The translations under genes and the position numbers were made by a program. DNA of 64,000 nucleotides. Origin: Octopus vulgaris. Lineage: Eukaryota. This document shows, one piece after another, positions 25,194 through 39,622 of the stretch; within the stretch, counting starts at the first letter, position 1, and each line of letters opens with the position of its first letter. Where the stretch lies: positions 25,606,001 through 25,670,000 of the forward strand of contig OX597815.1 of the NCBI GenBank assembly GCA_951406725.2, given 5' to 3'. The notes beneath the pieces were generated by a model, which had not been told where the DNA came from, searched no databases, and saw only the letters and a list, made by a program, of their open reading frames with translations.

Positions 25194-26001
25194 AGCTATA
25201 ATGACAGTATGATTCCATAATTCCATACCTCCAAACCTCTACATTCTTCTGGGATCAAAAATACCCCCAACTACTCGAACTCCAGTGCGAAGCAACTACG
25301 ATAACAGACAACTTTTGTTGAGGAGAAAAGTAGCTGTTATTCCCATAGATCATCACACAGCAAATAAGAGTCGAATCCTACAGTGAATTGTTCTCCTGGG
25401 AAGAGCGCAAGCAATACAGATCTTGTTCGGATGTAATAACGATAGAACTAAGACGAACATGCTGCTATTAAACGAGCGGGCAGTATCCGATTAAGAACAA
25501 ATAGAAGTAGTGAGTGAAGAATGCAAACAACCGAAAGAACACTTAACAAAATTCAAACAAAACTTCATCATTAACATTAACAAAGGCGCAGGCGTGGCTG
25601 TGTGGTAAGAAGCTTGCTTCCCAATCACATGGTTATGGGTTCACTCCCACTGCAAGTATCTTCTACTATAGCCTCAGGCAGACCAGGAGACAGACAAGAA
25701 CACGCCTTCCTTGATCCAGCGACAACGGAGAGAAAGAAAGAAACAAAGTTAGGAGAAGAAAGATGGCCACGTGAGCAAGGGAGGACGAGGGAGGGAGAGA
25801 AAGTGACAAGCGTATCTTGTTGTTAAATGCTCGAAATACGAGAGTAGAAAAAGAGCCAACAACTGATGAAGGGTCGTTCTTTGTGTTGTTTGTCTTGTTT
25901 TCCATTTGTGTCTTTCGTTGTTCGAAAAAGTAGTTCATATTCCATGTACTCATACTTCGTATTTTTGTTGTACACGTTTCATGATGTCCTGTACCCATAT
26001 A

Positions 26002-26084
<83 letters not shown>

Positions 26085-26091
26085 AAATTAA

Positions 26092-26800
26092 TAATAAAAG
26101 GGTAAAATTTATTAATTAATTAATCAATTAATTAATAATTCCACCAAGTAGATCGGTACGTTAAAATAACCTTAATAGGTAAAATTATAAAAATATTTTA
26201 TAATTATAAACATAATTATAATTAGGGTTCAGCTAATTGCTTCACCACATAGAAATAGGAGTTAAAATTCCTTTTCTGCTACTGTAAAAATCTCCATGAC
26301 GATAACATACTATTTTACGAAGAGAAAGGGAAAAACAATGAATCATCACGACCAGGATTAACTATATACGCGTTTCGAGATTAAAGTGATTTAAATTTTA
26401 CTTACTTCTCTCTTCAGTATAGTGTTTCCAATTATAAAATTTGAAAGTGCTAGGGCTAAATATGCACATAATCGAGAGACATCATGTAACGAATATCCAA
26501 CCAACAACTTCCATGCTGGATACGGCCAGACTATAAGGCATTTCATTCTGTTCCTTACTCACGGGTAATAGAGTCACTACATCTTTCTAAGGTTTCATCT
26601 GTTATAATCAATGTCATTAAGAGTTTTAACAACAACAAGGTCCACAAAATTATTGCTAAGAACTGAAGCTATCATTATTGTCAGTAATAGCAATAATCTA
26701 TCAACAGGAATATTTAAGTTTGACAACTTATCCTGTAATGCCTTTCGTCCTAGCAATGAACCACTCATAAGCCTTATCGAGAAAATACAAAGCCCTTAGG
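26092..26800 (-). mobile_element. Penelope-like element 3' region/pLTR
   Basis: Contains a canonical minimal hammerhead; 26092-26280 is homologous to 61643-61838. The right boundary is approximate. Confidence 0.6.
26361..26423 (-). ncRNA. Minimal type I hammerhead ribozyme
   Basis: Minus strand ACTATA-CTGAAGA-GAGA...TCTC-GAAA-CGCG-TA-TATAGT: canonical core, 6-bp stem I, palindromic ACGCGU stem III, GUA triplet. Confidence 0.85.
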
Positions 26801-26849
26801 ATAAGCTCTGCAGATGAAAGAAGGATTTCACTCATTTTTTTTTTTTTTT

Positions 26850-27445
26850 TTTTGATGAGGACATTAAGCTGTACTTCAGTAATATTCATGACACCAAGGA
26901 GCAGCTAGAACTGATCACAACATTCTCATAGGACTTAGGAATGGAATTTGATCAGGACAAGTGTTCATATTTGGTACTTAAGCGAGTAAAGATTGTCGAT
27001 CAGGCAAGAAATATTGATATCAGGGGTCTGCCTTCTTTATCGCCAGTAATAGGTATTACCAATATTTTAGAATCGACTAAAATATCTCATATGTTGTACT
27101 GTGAGTAAAGCAGGAGTAACAAAATAGACTTCTTTAATAGAATTCGGAAGATATGGATGTAGTTCAATAATAAATAGTATACCCCACAGTGCTTTCGCAA
27201 TGCTGGTGCTTGTACCAACATCTGATACACTTGAAGAAATCCACAACTTGGAACCTAGGACGAGGAACATACGAACCACAGGCAACTGCCACATCATCAT
27301 TGACACTGACAAGATCTATGTTAAACGGAGGGATAGAAGTATAGACATAAGACCAGATCGTCTGAGCTTTAAATGCTGCATCGTGTCACTTAAGACCACA
27401 AGAGAAATGAGTACATCACTTGTATATTCAGCAGAAAAAATGTAA
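26850..27445 (+). mobile_element. Decayed non-LTR reverse transcriptase fragment (R4/Dong-like)
   Basis: DEDIKLY...LELITTFS*DLGMEFDQDKC and DTDKIYVKRRDR correspond to the RT DD and thumb regions. Confidence 0.7.
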
Positions 27446-27599
27446 TAACTATTGACACTTTATATCACATAAAGTTGCTACTGCAATTGTTGCTGTTGTT
27501 TTGTTGTTGTTTTCATTTGTTCCTGTTTTGTTTTTTTTGTTTTTTAATATGACAATCCCTTTCTTAACTCTTCTCTACATCGCCAACATCTCCCTTTTT

Positions 27600-28260
27600 T
27601 TTTTGATCAGGTGTTTAGTAGGTGTCGCTTGTTCTTGGATAGCAAAGGCATAGACCTCTAAGTGTGACGTGATGTACTTTTGACAAATCCAAGAGAGGGC
27701 TGCTATTCCTGTAAATATTGCTAGCATTCTCTAGCATACAGGATATGTATCCATGCATAATTTCCTGCTGGTAAGATGAGTATTTCTCTTCCAAATCTCT
27801 GCTTAAGTAGATCAGTCCATAGTAGCAGTGAACTTAAAGTACTTGTGCTGGGGTTCGCCTGAACTTATGGAGTTATTACCGACGTTGTAGAGAATACGGG
27901 TGATGTATTTATTTCTCTCTTTACTGTTCTGTAAGAGTTCTGTAAGTGACACGATGCGGCTCCAAAAGGTCATCTGAACTGATCTTATGCCTCTGTCTCC
28001 ATACCTCCGTATAACAAGGATCCCAGGTTTTGAAAACGTTAACATCTATGGAGAACTGATGAAAACCTATAGCTATTATATCCAGTTCAACGATTTTCAT
28101 CTGTTCGTATCATCAACGATGCACTGGGCTGCGTAACAACAGATCTGCATAGAAAGCCAGAATTGCTTGGATTCTTTAAGAATAGACCAGAGCAGACTGA
28201 TTCACATTCTCCAGATACAATCGATGAGAGGAACAATAAAAATTCGTAAAACATTACATG
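27600..28260 (-). mobile_element. Decayed non-LTR RT thumb fragment
   Basis: RRYGDRGIRSVQMTFWSRIVSL resembles the RxxGGRG motif. Confidence 0.55.
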
Positions 28261-28664
28261 GATACCCCATCTGAGGTAATTCGGTGGTGACCATATGCAG
28301 ACAAAAACATAGACATATAAAATATCTATGAATGGACACACATAAAAGCTAAATGAAACACACATTTGTGTTCTGTCGTGATAAACTCACTCACGAGTGC
28401 AAGTTTAGCAGCATGCACACACATACACACAACATGCGCACACTTATGAGTATGTCAGCCATTTCAGATAACCACAAACACCAAGAGCTATCTTGACTTA
28501 AACGAAAGAACTTACTGCTTTGGTAGTGACTTTGTTATTGCTTTATTGAAATCGGCAAAGGAGGAAACTTAAAATAAATCCCAAAGAAACTCTCTCTAAC
28601 ATACACACACACACACACACACGTCTTATTTGTATGTATGTATACATATGAAATACATGTGTTC

Positions 28665-28808
<144 letters not shown>

Positions 28809-28840
28809 TATGTGTGTGTTTGCACATATACATACATATA

Positions 28841-28892
<52 letters not shown>

Positions 28893-29025
28893 GTATATAT
28901 ATATATGCATACACACTTGAATACATATGCACATATATAATTTTTCTGTACTCAGCTAAATATATGTATAAATAAAAGAATAAGAATATTTTCCTTCATG
29001 TATATGAATATATGTATAACATACA

Positions 29026-29068
<43 letters not shown>

Positions 29069-29236
29069 GATCACGTATCCATATATTTATATATGAATGT
29101 ATGTATGTGCGTGTGTAAATTCAATACGGAATGAGGCACAAAATATTTATACGTGTTCAGATATTTATGAAAATGTGTACAAACGAAATTTTATGAATAT
29201 ATATATATATATACATACATACATATATACATATAA

Positions 29237-29267
<31 letters not shown>

Positions 29268-29916
29268 CATATATACATATACATATATACATATATATAT
29301 ATATAAAGTAGTATATCCATATACATATCATCCACATACACTCAGTGTGTATATGTGTATGTATGTATATGTATATGTGTGTTTATATGTGTCATTGTGT
29401 TATGTATATATACTTCAGTGTTGACGAAACCTATACGCCAATGTGGGCACACCGTTGACGTAGCTCTGTTTGAGTGAACGTCGATGTTCGCGCTCAGTGA
29501 AGCCTGAGTTGTCATAGTTACTTGCACTCGAATGAGTTTTGAATTATTGTGGCGTTTTACTTAAATTCGATCTTTTTTTCTCTCTTTTGTTCGTTGTTTG
29601 TCTTATGCTTTTTTTTTTGTTTAAAAATATATTTCTATTGCTCTTTTTCTTTTATACGTATTTTTTAATTTTTTTTTTCTTTTTCTAAAAATGATGGATT
29701 ACTTATTGGAATGAAGACGGCTGTACATGTTCCTATTTCATTTTTGCTATACTTTATATAATATACATTCACATACAAAGACATACAGACACATAATACA
29801 ATCATACACAAAGTCATACAGACACATATACACATACATACATACATTCATACATAACAAAAAGCTTACATCCATCCATGTTATATATGTCTGTGTGCGC
29901 GTATGTATACACATAC

Positions 29917-30469
<553 letters not shown>

Positions 30470-32234
30470 AAACACATTAATGTATAGGATTTCTTTCTTA
30501 AAAAAGAAATCAAGCATAGACCCTATATTCGCATGAACGTATGTGAGTGCGCGCACACGTATACATGTATACATGGATAGATGGATGGATGGATGTATTT
30601 ATCCATGAATATTTGTATATACATACGTATGTATGTGTGCACACAGTAACATAAGCAAATATGTATATTCATACATACATACATACAGATTTATTCAAGC
30701 GCATATATATATATAGTCATACATACATATATATAGTGTATACATACATATATACATACATACATATGTACATACACGTGCGCGCACTCACACACACACA
30801 TTGTAGAAGGGAAAAATCGAATAGAACTAAAGCTATGATGAGAATGATAATGATGACTACGACGACCATGACGACAACTACGACTGATGATAATCTTGGT
30901 GATGGTGGTGGTGGTGATCATAATGATGGTAATGGTAATGGTGATGGTAATAGTGATGGCGGTGGTGGCAATGATGGTGATGGTGTGATGGTGACAATAA
31001 TGACGGTTATGGGGTGGTGTTACTGGAGGTAATGATGATGGTGGTGGTGGTAGTGGTATGGATGATTGATGATGACAATGATTACCGTCTTTCTGTTGAT
31101 GATGATGATGATGATGATGATGATTATAGTGGAGGCGGTAATGATAATACTGATGAGGATGATGATAAAGTTCGATATACAAGGAAACAGGAAGTTGTAA
31201 AGAAAAAGCAAGCTAAAGCTGAAATTACTTAATATAAGAAACAAAGAACTCTGACCCTATGAGAGCAGAATGGAGAAAGAGAGAGAGAGGGGGGCAGAGA
31301 GAGGGAGAAAGAGAGAGGGCGACAGAGAGAGAGAGAGGACAGAGAGGGAGAGAGCGAAAGAAGGAGGGAAGGAGAGAGAGGAGGGGAAAGAGAGAAAGTG
31401 AAAAATGAGAGAGAAGGGAGGGAGAGAGTAAAAGTAGTAGTAGTAATAGTATTATTATTATTAATATTATAAATAGTAGTAGTAGTAGTAGAAGAAGACG
31501 AAGAAGAAGAGGAAGAAATAGAAGAAAAAGAAAGTCTAAAGGAAGCTAAAGAAGATCGAATAGGAGGAGTAAATTTGAAAAAGGAAAAAGAAACAAAAAA
31601 GAAACAAAAACGAAAGTGAAAGTAGAATAAAAGTGATTGGTAGAATGACTTAGAAAGGGAATGGTGGGGGCGGGGAAGGAGGAGAGAAGATGAGAGGGAA
31701 GGAGAGGAGAAAAATATTGTAAAATAGCCTAAAAATGTCAGTATTTTGCAAGCGTCAATATTGAACATTGGCTGATGTACCGATAGAAATAGAAAATAGC
31801 GATGGAGGGAATAAAAGAACATTCCGGTAGATGTTGGCGATGTAGAGAAGAGTTAAGAAAGGGATTGTCATATTGAAAAAAACAAAAAACAAAACAGGAA
31901 CAAATGAAAACAACAACAACAAAGCAACAACAAAACAACAGCAACAATTGCAGTAGCAACAAGAATAACTAAATAAATAGCAAAACAAAGCATGATAGGA
32001 CGGCAAATATGGTGAATATGTAAATAAAACATTAGCGGCATCCACAACGCTAATAAAGAGTTAGATGAAAGGTAGGTTGTGCGTAAGGTGCGAGAAACTA
32101 GGAAGCGCAGATACAAATATACGTATATATGTATATATGTATGTATGTGTGTGTGTGTATGTATGTACATATGCACATACATGTTTCTGTATGTATTTGT
32201 ATATATATGTACACACACATACACACATGTGTGC

Positions 32235-32305
<71 letters not shown>

Positions 32306-32311
32306 TATACG

Positions 32312-32342
<31 letters not shown>

Positions 32343-32452
32343 GTATATATACATATATGTATGTATATATATATACATATATGTGTGTGTCTGTATCCGG
32401 AACCATGTGGTCGGGAAGCAAGCTTCTTACCACACAGCCACACCTGCACCTA

Positions 32453-32541
<89 letters not shown>

Positions 32542-32656
32542 CTGTCTGTCTGTCTGTCTGTCTATACATACATACATACATACATACATACATACATACA
32601 TACATACATACATACATACATACATACATACATACATACATACATACATACATACA

Positions 32657-32688
<32 letters not shown>

Positions 32689-34109
32689 AGCATACATACA
32701 TATGCACGCACACAGACGTATGTGTGTGCGAGCGCTCGCGTGTGAGCGTGCGTGTGTTTATGTATGTTCGTGGCATCATTGGCAAGTTTTCTGCCAGAAG
32801 CCATAGCTCTTGTAGTGGAATCGGGTTGACATCAACTCTCTAGAAGCCCGTCAAATGGACTCTACTTCTAATTCATAGGCTCTGCCTTGTCACATCATCT
32901 GTTGCAAGAAAACAACACTGATTCTGCCTGAGAATTGTGCTAAAATTATAAGCATTTGACGAATAACTTAACCACTTATTAATTCAATGAGTAGGTACTT
33001 CAGTTGATGAAATAACAGAAATACTCATCGTTGAAAGCGACTGATATCCATTTACTAATTTACTCACACATTCACTCTCATACTCATACAAAGTGCACTA
33101 AAAGATTATATATATATATAACTATATAATGTATATACATTGTATTTTATATTTATATGTATGTATATATGTGTCGTATGTGTGTGTGTATGTGTGTGTT
33201 TGTTTTTGTGTGTGTGTTTGTGTGTGTGTGTCTGTGTGTGAGCTTTTATGTATGCCTTCAATTATAACGAAATGTTTAAAATCGAAAATTATAATTCAAA
33301 AAGGAAAATAAATAAACGCAAACGATATAAATATGAAAACAAAGGGTAGGAGGGAGAGCGAAAGAGAGAGAGAGAGAAAGGGAGAGAGATAGAGAAATGG
33401 AGAGAGATAGAGAAAGGGAGAGAGATGGAGAGAGAGATGTCGGAAGGAGGGAATGAGGGAGAAAATATGAGATAGCTGGAACAAAAAATAGGATTGCCCC
33501 TCTTATATTCTTTATTTTTATCTTCATCCCTCTTTTTTTTTTAAGCATAGAAATATTTCTTTAAAAATGATTTTGAGTGAAAATAAAAATATTTAAATGA
33601 TAACTTAAAGAAAAAAAATAAAGAATATTGTTCAATAAACTGCCACGTGATCAACAGAAAATAACAAAACAAAAGACAAAATAAAATATATAGGAACGAT
33701 AACTCGTTAAGTTAGTGGTGATTTTTCTGCCACTCCTTATGAAAATGAAAGATTATTTTAAAATAAAGATGGCTGTTAGAAGAAATAGAATGGAAATAAA
33801 ATTGCTATATCTGTTCTTGATTTTCGGGCGTTGGTTATTAATTATTTTGGACGAAATGCCTTCCGATATTTGCTTTAGCTTTTTACGCTCTGAACTCAAA
33901 TTCCTCTGCGATAAACTTTACATTTCATCCTTTCGGAGTCGATAAAGACTCCGTGGCCAAAGTATCGAATTTCCCCTTCCTTCTCCTTAAAATTGCTGGT
34001 TTTGTGCCTAAATTAAAATGAATTATCATTTTTTTTTTGTAGTTCAGGTTTGGTTAGAACTCTTGGAGTTTAACATGAGTAGCGGGCTTGCAACATGCAG
34101 CTTACAGTA

Positions 34110-35880
34110 CTATGCTATCTATTCTCTTCAACTATCTAATACTTTGCAGATAATTCTGGCCGTGCTAAGGAGGCAAACTTTGTGCAACAGCTCGTACTGA
34201 GCACTCTATTCCCATTTCCTTTATATACCTCTTAATATCTTCTGAAACTGTCCCCAGTGCCCCAACAATAAATGGCATTATCTTAATCTTTTCCATTTTC
34301 AACAATTGAGCTATTTTGTATCTAAGAGGATTGTGTATGCCTTTTTTTTCGCCTTTCTTATCTGATCCTGGATTAAAGAGGCATGCAGCACCAAATTTAG
34401 AACACATTTGGTTCACCTTGTCCATCACCACTAGGTCCGGCTTGTTCTCAAGCACCCGGTCTGGATTGCAAAATCCCACAGAGCTTTGCAGGTCTCTGAA
34501 TCAGCCACTCTCTGTAGTTTAAGTTCATACCCCGTTTTCCATCTCTAACCCCTACTTTTCATGCGGTTTCCAATGCAGCACTTTCACTACAACTTATATT
34601 GGTTTTGGGCGAGTCGAGAGCATTCATTCACAATAGGAGCAATGGTTTTATCAAATTCATTACAAAATCGGTACAATGGAGAAACTTGCTCATTCCTAAG
34701 GTTGATATTTCAATTTGTGGCCAAAGCTTGGTCTTGCGCAGCAAGTATAGTGCTCTCAGCCTTGTTTTTAAGTTTTCTTTCTTTAACAAGTACCACTTAT
34801 GTTCTTCAGCATCTTCATTTGTGGCTATATGGAATTGATTGTGTAGTCGCTCGTTCTTTTTCCCTGCTTTTATTATACCCTCATCTCTAACTGCTACTAA
34901 TAAAGTTTCCTAATTTTGGGCCAGCAAGTTCTCATGTTCAATATGCACGCAGTCTTCCACAATTATCATCCCCCTTGCTCCATTTTCTCTCTTCATGTAT
35001 AGACGATCAATGTCTGCACGTGGATGATGAACTCTATGCATGGTTAATAACTTTTTTGCCTTCCTATCCAACTCCTTTAGCTTATCCTCTGTCCTCAACA
35101 AAATTCCAGCTCCATACCGAACCAGCGAAACTGCGCGCGAGTTCATTTCCGAAATTATGTTTCCGGCATTCAACTTTGAATCCAATATTTTTCTCAATCG
35201 CTACAGATATTCTTTCCTTGTTTTTCCTTTCATATAATCATGCTTAATTCCATCTGCCTCAAGCATTCTCAAGTATCTATATCCGGATTCAGGTTCAATT
35301 GCCTTCATCATTTTACCACTTAGCATACATATGCCTTCTGTTCTGACAAATTTTCCTCGTCTCACCATCACAGCACATTTTGAAAGTCCAAAGTATCTTG
35401 ATATCATTCAACAAAATCCGCACAGAATGGTCTATACTGTTCAGTTCTGCCTCTTTTTTGTGAACAATTCAAATCGTCCATAAATAGCAAGTGATTAAGC
35501 TTCTCGTTACCTCTTCCTACATCATACCCCAACTTTGTCTTCCGTAGTATTTCACACAAGAGTGTCATTTCTTGTACAAAGATCAATGAGGCTATACTGT
35601 CCCACTGAAAGATTCCCCTCCTAATTTTCACTTCTCCTAATGCCTGATACCCTGCTGCTAATTCAGTTCTCACCATTTCATACAATTCCATATAAGGCTT
35701 CTCTTGCGTTATGCTACTCCATACATTTCCATAGCGCTGGTTATTCAAGAGGGTAGTATCCTATCATATGCTTTATTATATGCCATGTTCAAATTGTGCA
35801 CCCTCTCTTGCAGTTTCTGATGATTAGCTTACTAATTAATAGCTGATCTTTCGTTCCCCGGTTCGTCTTTCTACATCCAT
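34110..35880 (-). mobile_element. Decayed R4/Dong-type LINE (RT plus REL endonuclease)
   Basis: RRGIFQWDS...LNHLLFMDDL, FGLSKC, DIDRLYMKRENGARG, NKPDLVV and PFIVGALG occur across frameshifted ORFs. Confidence 0.9.
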
Positions 35881-35902
35881 TCTGTTCAAGTATTATTATC
35901 GT

Positions 35903-36115
35903 TAGGCGGCGAACTGACAGAATCGGTAACACGCTGGCAAAATACTTAGCGGCATTTCATGTTTTATGTTCTGAGTTCAAATTCCGCTGGGGTGAACTTT
36001 GCATTTCACCCTTTCGGAGTCGATAAAATATGTTCCAGATGAGTATCAGGATCGATGTAATCGACTTCTCCTCCCCCGAAATTGCCGACCTCTGTCAAAA
36101 TTAGAAATCATTATT
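35903..36115 (+). mobile_element. SINE family 2, diverged
   Basis: Head and core match the family. Confidence 0.75.
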
Positions 36116-36189
36116 ATTGTCATAATTGTTATTTCTCGTCTCAGAGCTCTCGACTTCACCTGGTCCAGTTAATTCTGTAAGAGCAGACA

Positions 36190-36830
36190 ACGACCTATTG
36201 TCAAAGATCTCTCAGTGTCTTCTTCCACGATACTTAACACCCAATTATCAATCTCAAAATCCTTGCTTTCTCCAATAAAGTAGTTTTCTGAGCAAGTTCT
36301 ACCTTCATGTCATTCCCAGTTTATCCAACAAATTTCTCACACCTGGTTGTTAATACTTCCAATGCCTCTACAACTACTGGGATGACAGTTCAATTCTTCA
36401 TTGTTCCCATTTGTGCAATCTCACCTTTTAGTGGTTTGTACGTTTTAATCTTTTCCAGTTCTTTATCATCCACTAGCACATTCCCAGGTATGGCAATATC
36501 TATGATCTAGGTTTTCTTTATCGTTTTATCAACTACAACAATGTCTGGTCTCCAAGCATCAACCACTGGATCAAATGAGGTTGTAAAACTTCACAAGATC
36601 TTATTCTCGGCGACACCTTCTGGTTTATACTCGTACTATTTCAATGTCTTTTCAAAACCGTACTTCTCACACAACCTTCAATGAGCATAATTAGCTACGT
36701 CATCATGCCACCTTTTGTATTCTTTTTGAGCCAATTTGCTATATTCGCTCACAGTATGAGAGACTGTTTCCTTCTTGATGTTACACTTCCTACAAAAGGG
36801 CGATTCACCACTCTTATCTATTTGGAACTT
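36190..36830 (-). mobile_element. Decayed R4/Dong-type zinc-knuckle plus REL fragment
   Basis: Minus-strand translation gives SPFCRKC...ETVSH...YKRWHD...RPDIVVVDK...IDIAIPG. Confidence 0.75.
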
Positions 36831-36839
36831 GGCTTTTCA

Positions 36840-37230
36840 TTCGGTTTTACGTTCTGAGTTCAAACTCCGCTGAGGTCGAGTTTGCTCTCCATCCTTTCGG
36901 CATCGATAAAATAAGTACCAGTGAAGTACTAGGGTCGATCTAATCCACTTCCCCTGCCTCCAAAGTTGCCGGCCTTGTGCCAGAATTTGAAACCATTATT
37001 ATTATGATTAAGGCAGCGAGCTTGCAGAATCGTTAGCATGCCGGATAAAATGCTTAACTGCATTTCATCCATCTTTACGTTCTGAATTCAAATTCCACCA
37101 AGGTCGACTTTGCCTTTCATCCTTTCGGGGTCGACAAAATAAGTATCAGTTGAACACTGGGGTCGATATAATCGACTATCCTCCTCCCCCAAAATTTCAA
37201 GCCTTTTGCCTATAGTAGAAAGGATTATTA
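36840..37230 (+). mobile_element. Two adjacent SINE family 2 copies
   Basis: The core motif occurs twice. Confidence 0.8.
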
Positions 37231-37329
37231 TTAATATTATTTACTGTTTCACGAAATTTGTGCTTTGTCAGCTTTAATTACGCTCCCTATAGAACCACAA
37301 GTCGTGGTCTTGGATGAGAAATATTTTGT

Positions 37330-38600
37330 GTATTTTGTAGATATGTTTTTACTCTTCATTCATATTTCTTTTTACGTTGTATTAAGAACATTTCAGACAA
37401 TTCTTGTTGAACCTAGTGGACAAGTTTTCTGCACTGCATCTACTCGCAAGTTAAGATCAAGTTTTCTAAGGTTTGTTCTCAGATATTTTGCCACTGTTCC
37501 TAAGTCTCCAATAGTAATTGACAGCATCCAACACGCGGGGATTTCATTATCTTAGGTTGGTATAAAGCTCCAATCTCTCTCTTTTCCTTTAAGAAAAAAT
37601 TTGTTTTACTCTGGTCACGTTGGTATGCCGCGTCGTCTTGTCGATGCTTGCAATATCCGGTTTCTTGTGTCATGTTCCTCTTTATAAGTATGTGCTTATA
37701 AATTGGAGAGCAGGAGAGAAGACTTCAGGGTAACCCTGGATCTGTGAGGTCACTTGATTGGCCTTAGTTGGGGTTTATCCTGTATCAGGAGGACTACTCA
37801 TTCATGTTATCACATACTTTGAGTAATATGTATACTTTTATTGCATTTCACTGTCTTTTCCATTGCTTTCTCCGCATCCTTTATGTAAGCCCCTCACACA
37901 TATTATTGCCTGTCCTTGTAATATCTCTCTCATCTATGCCTCCTTATTATTTTTTTCCCTCTTTCTTCAAATTTTCTTCCATTTCTCGCCCAGTGTTTTC
38001 CGTAAACCTAGGGCAGAGAAGCTCATTGTATGCATTCCCAGATTACACACGCAAATTCACAGGTAAAATATGTATTTAAAAAAAAACAAAAACATATTCA
38101 TGAATGGATGTTGTTTTCACAGCGATGATGCTCTCCATTTCAGTCAATGCTTGTGGTCCAACATTCCTCTCCTCTGCTTCGTTATTTCCTTCCTGACTTA
38201 TATTTAGGTCATTCTCTACCACTTTTTTAATAGAGGTTAATTCTGCATCTGTGGGTCTGGTATTTCTGAAGATATCTCTTCTAACATTTACTAATCTGTT
38301 TTCATCCAGGTTTGGTCTGCTAGCGGGATTCCGGCTCCTCCAAATTCTGTAGGAGTTTGCGGTGTGTTTCTCTTGGGTTGGCTTACTTAATGCAAAGTAA
38401 TAAGCATATATTACTTCTTTATTTTCTTCCCGGTTCCATTTAGTCTTTTTACATTTTTGATTTTCTGGTCGTTGTGGTGGTGAACTTTGGGAGCTTAATT
38501 TGGGACAAATCCCGTTTAAGTGACCTTCCAGGTTCGTATTCCTGAATTACCATTGGACAAGCAATTCGGTGTACTGTTTGAAATTTTCTTTTCAAGTAAA
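37330..38600 (-). mobile_element. Decayed R4/Dong-type LINE fragments (N-terminal region and REL remnants)
   Basis: Minus strand KWNREENKEVIYAYYFA...IWRSRNP...LDENRLVNVRRDI is the typical N-terminal region of this clade. Confidence 0.6.
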
Positions 38601-38801
38601 GTTAAATTATTATTAAATTTTCATTAAAAAAAATATTTATCTATTTATTTTTACCCACTAATCTTCATACAGGGGCCGCATTTATCATCATTAGCAGCAG
38701 CAGCACCAGTAGTTGTAGTAACATCAGCAATATCATTATTCTTCTTCTTCTTCTTCTTCTTCTTCTTCTTCTTCTTCTTCTTCTTCTTCTTCTTCTTCTT
38801 C

Positions 38802-38878
<77 letters not shown>

Positions 38879-39432
38879 GAGTGAGAGAGCAGTTCATGCC
38901 ATCAAAGTGACGCTGGGGTAAAATATACGAAGCCCAATATACCCATCATGACTACCCGTCTGATAAAGGTACACCAGGCACATGCATCACAACCATATGT
39001 GCGCGACATGGTGATCTCATATCAAGATAAACAGCACATGACCTTGCAGGTGGGGCCCAGTTAGAATTTTCTTCAGGTTGAGTAGCCCATCCCGCTCAAA
39101 AGGTCCCTGAACAAGGGTTGTTTAAGGATGTTGAAAGAACCACCCATGTTTCCAGAGGTGAATTATTCAAACCCCAAAGAATCCCTCTCAACACATGGCT
39201 ATGATGCTCCCCCACTACTTCTGCTCGTGATCAGAGATGCACATATCGTCAGCCACTAAGGGACATGCTCAACTGGTTAAGGTCAAACAACTGACAAGCA
39301 AATCTGTGGTATTGAGCAGAATATTTGCTGTAGCCCATCTTTTATACCAAGACAAAACAATGTACATGATAACAATTCCAATCAGTTAAGATCAGAAGCC
39401 ATGAGAGCCACTGCCTGGTACTGCATCAGGGC
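38879..39432 (-). mobile_element. About 550-bp non-coding retroposon embedded in (TAA)n
   Basis: (ATT)n on both sides; 5'-truncated copies at 41463 and 17157 share the 3' end; no obvious tRNA head. Confidence 0.75.
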
Positions 39433-39446
39433 ATTATTATTATTAC

Positions 39447-39513
<67 letters not shown>

Positions 39514-39520
39514 GTTGTTG

Positions 39521-39552
<32 letters not shown>

Positions 39553-39622
39553 GTTGTTATTATTATTATTATCATTATTATTATTATTATCATTATTATT
39601 ATTATTATTATCATTATTATTA

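Noticed and set aside
25860-25900. CTGATGA motif as a hammerhead
   Set aside because: No downstream stem II, GAAA or matching stem I.
30840-31200. Gly/Asp-rich coding exon
   Set aside because: Degenerate (GAT/GGT)n microsatellite without splice signals.
39380-39432. U2 snRNA-derived head on the 550-bp retroposon
   Set aside because: Only a short, patchy resemblance (GGC...TGGCT...GATC), which is not enough support.
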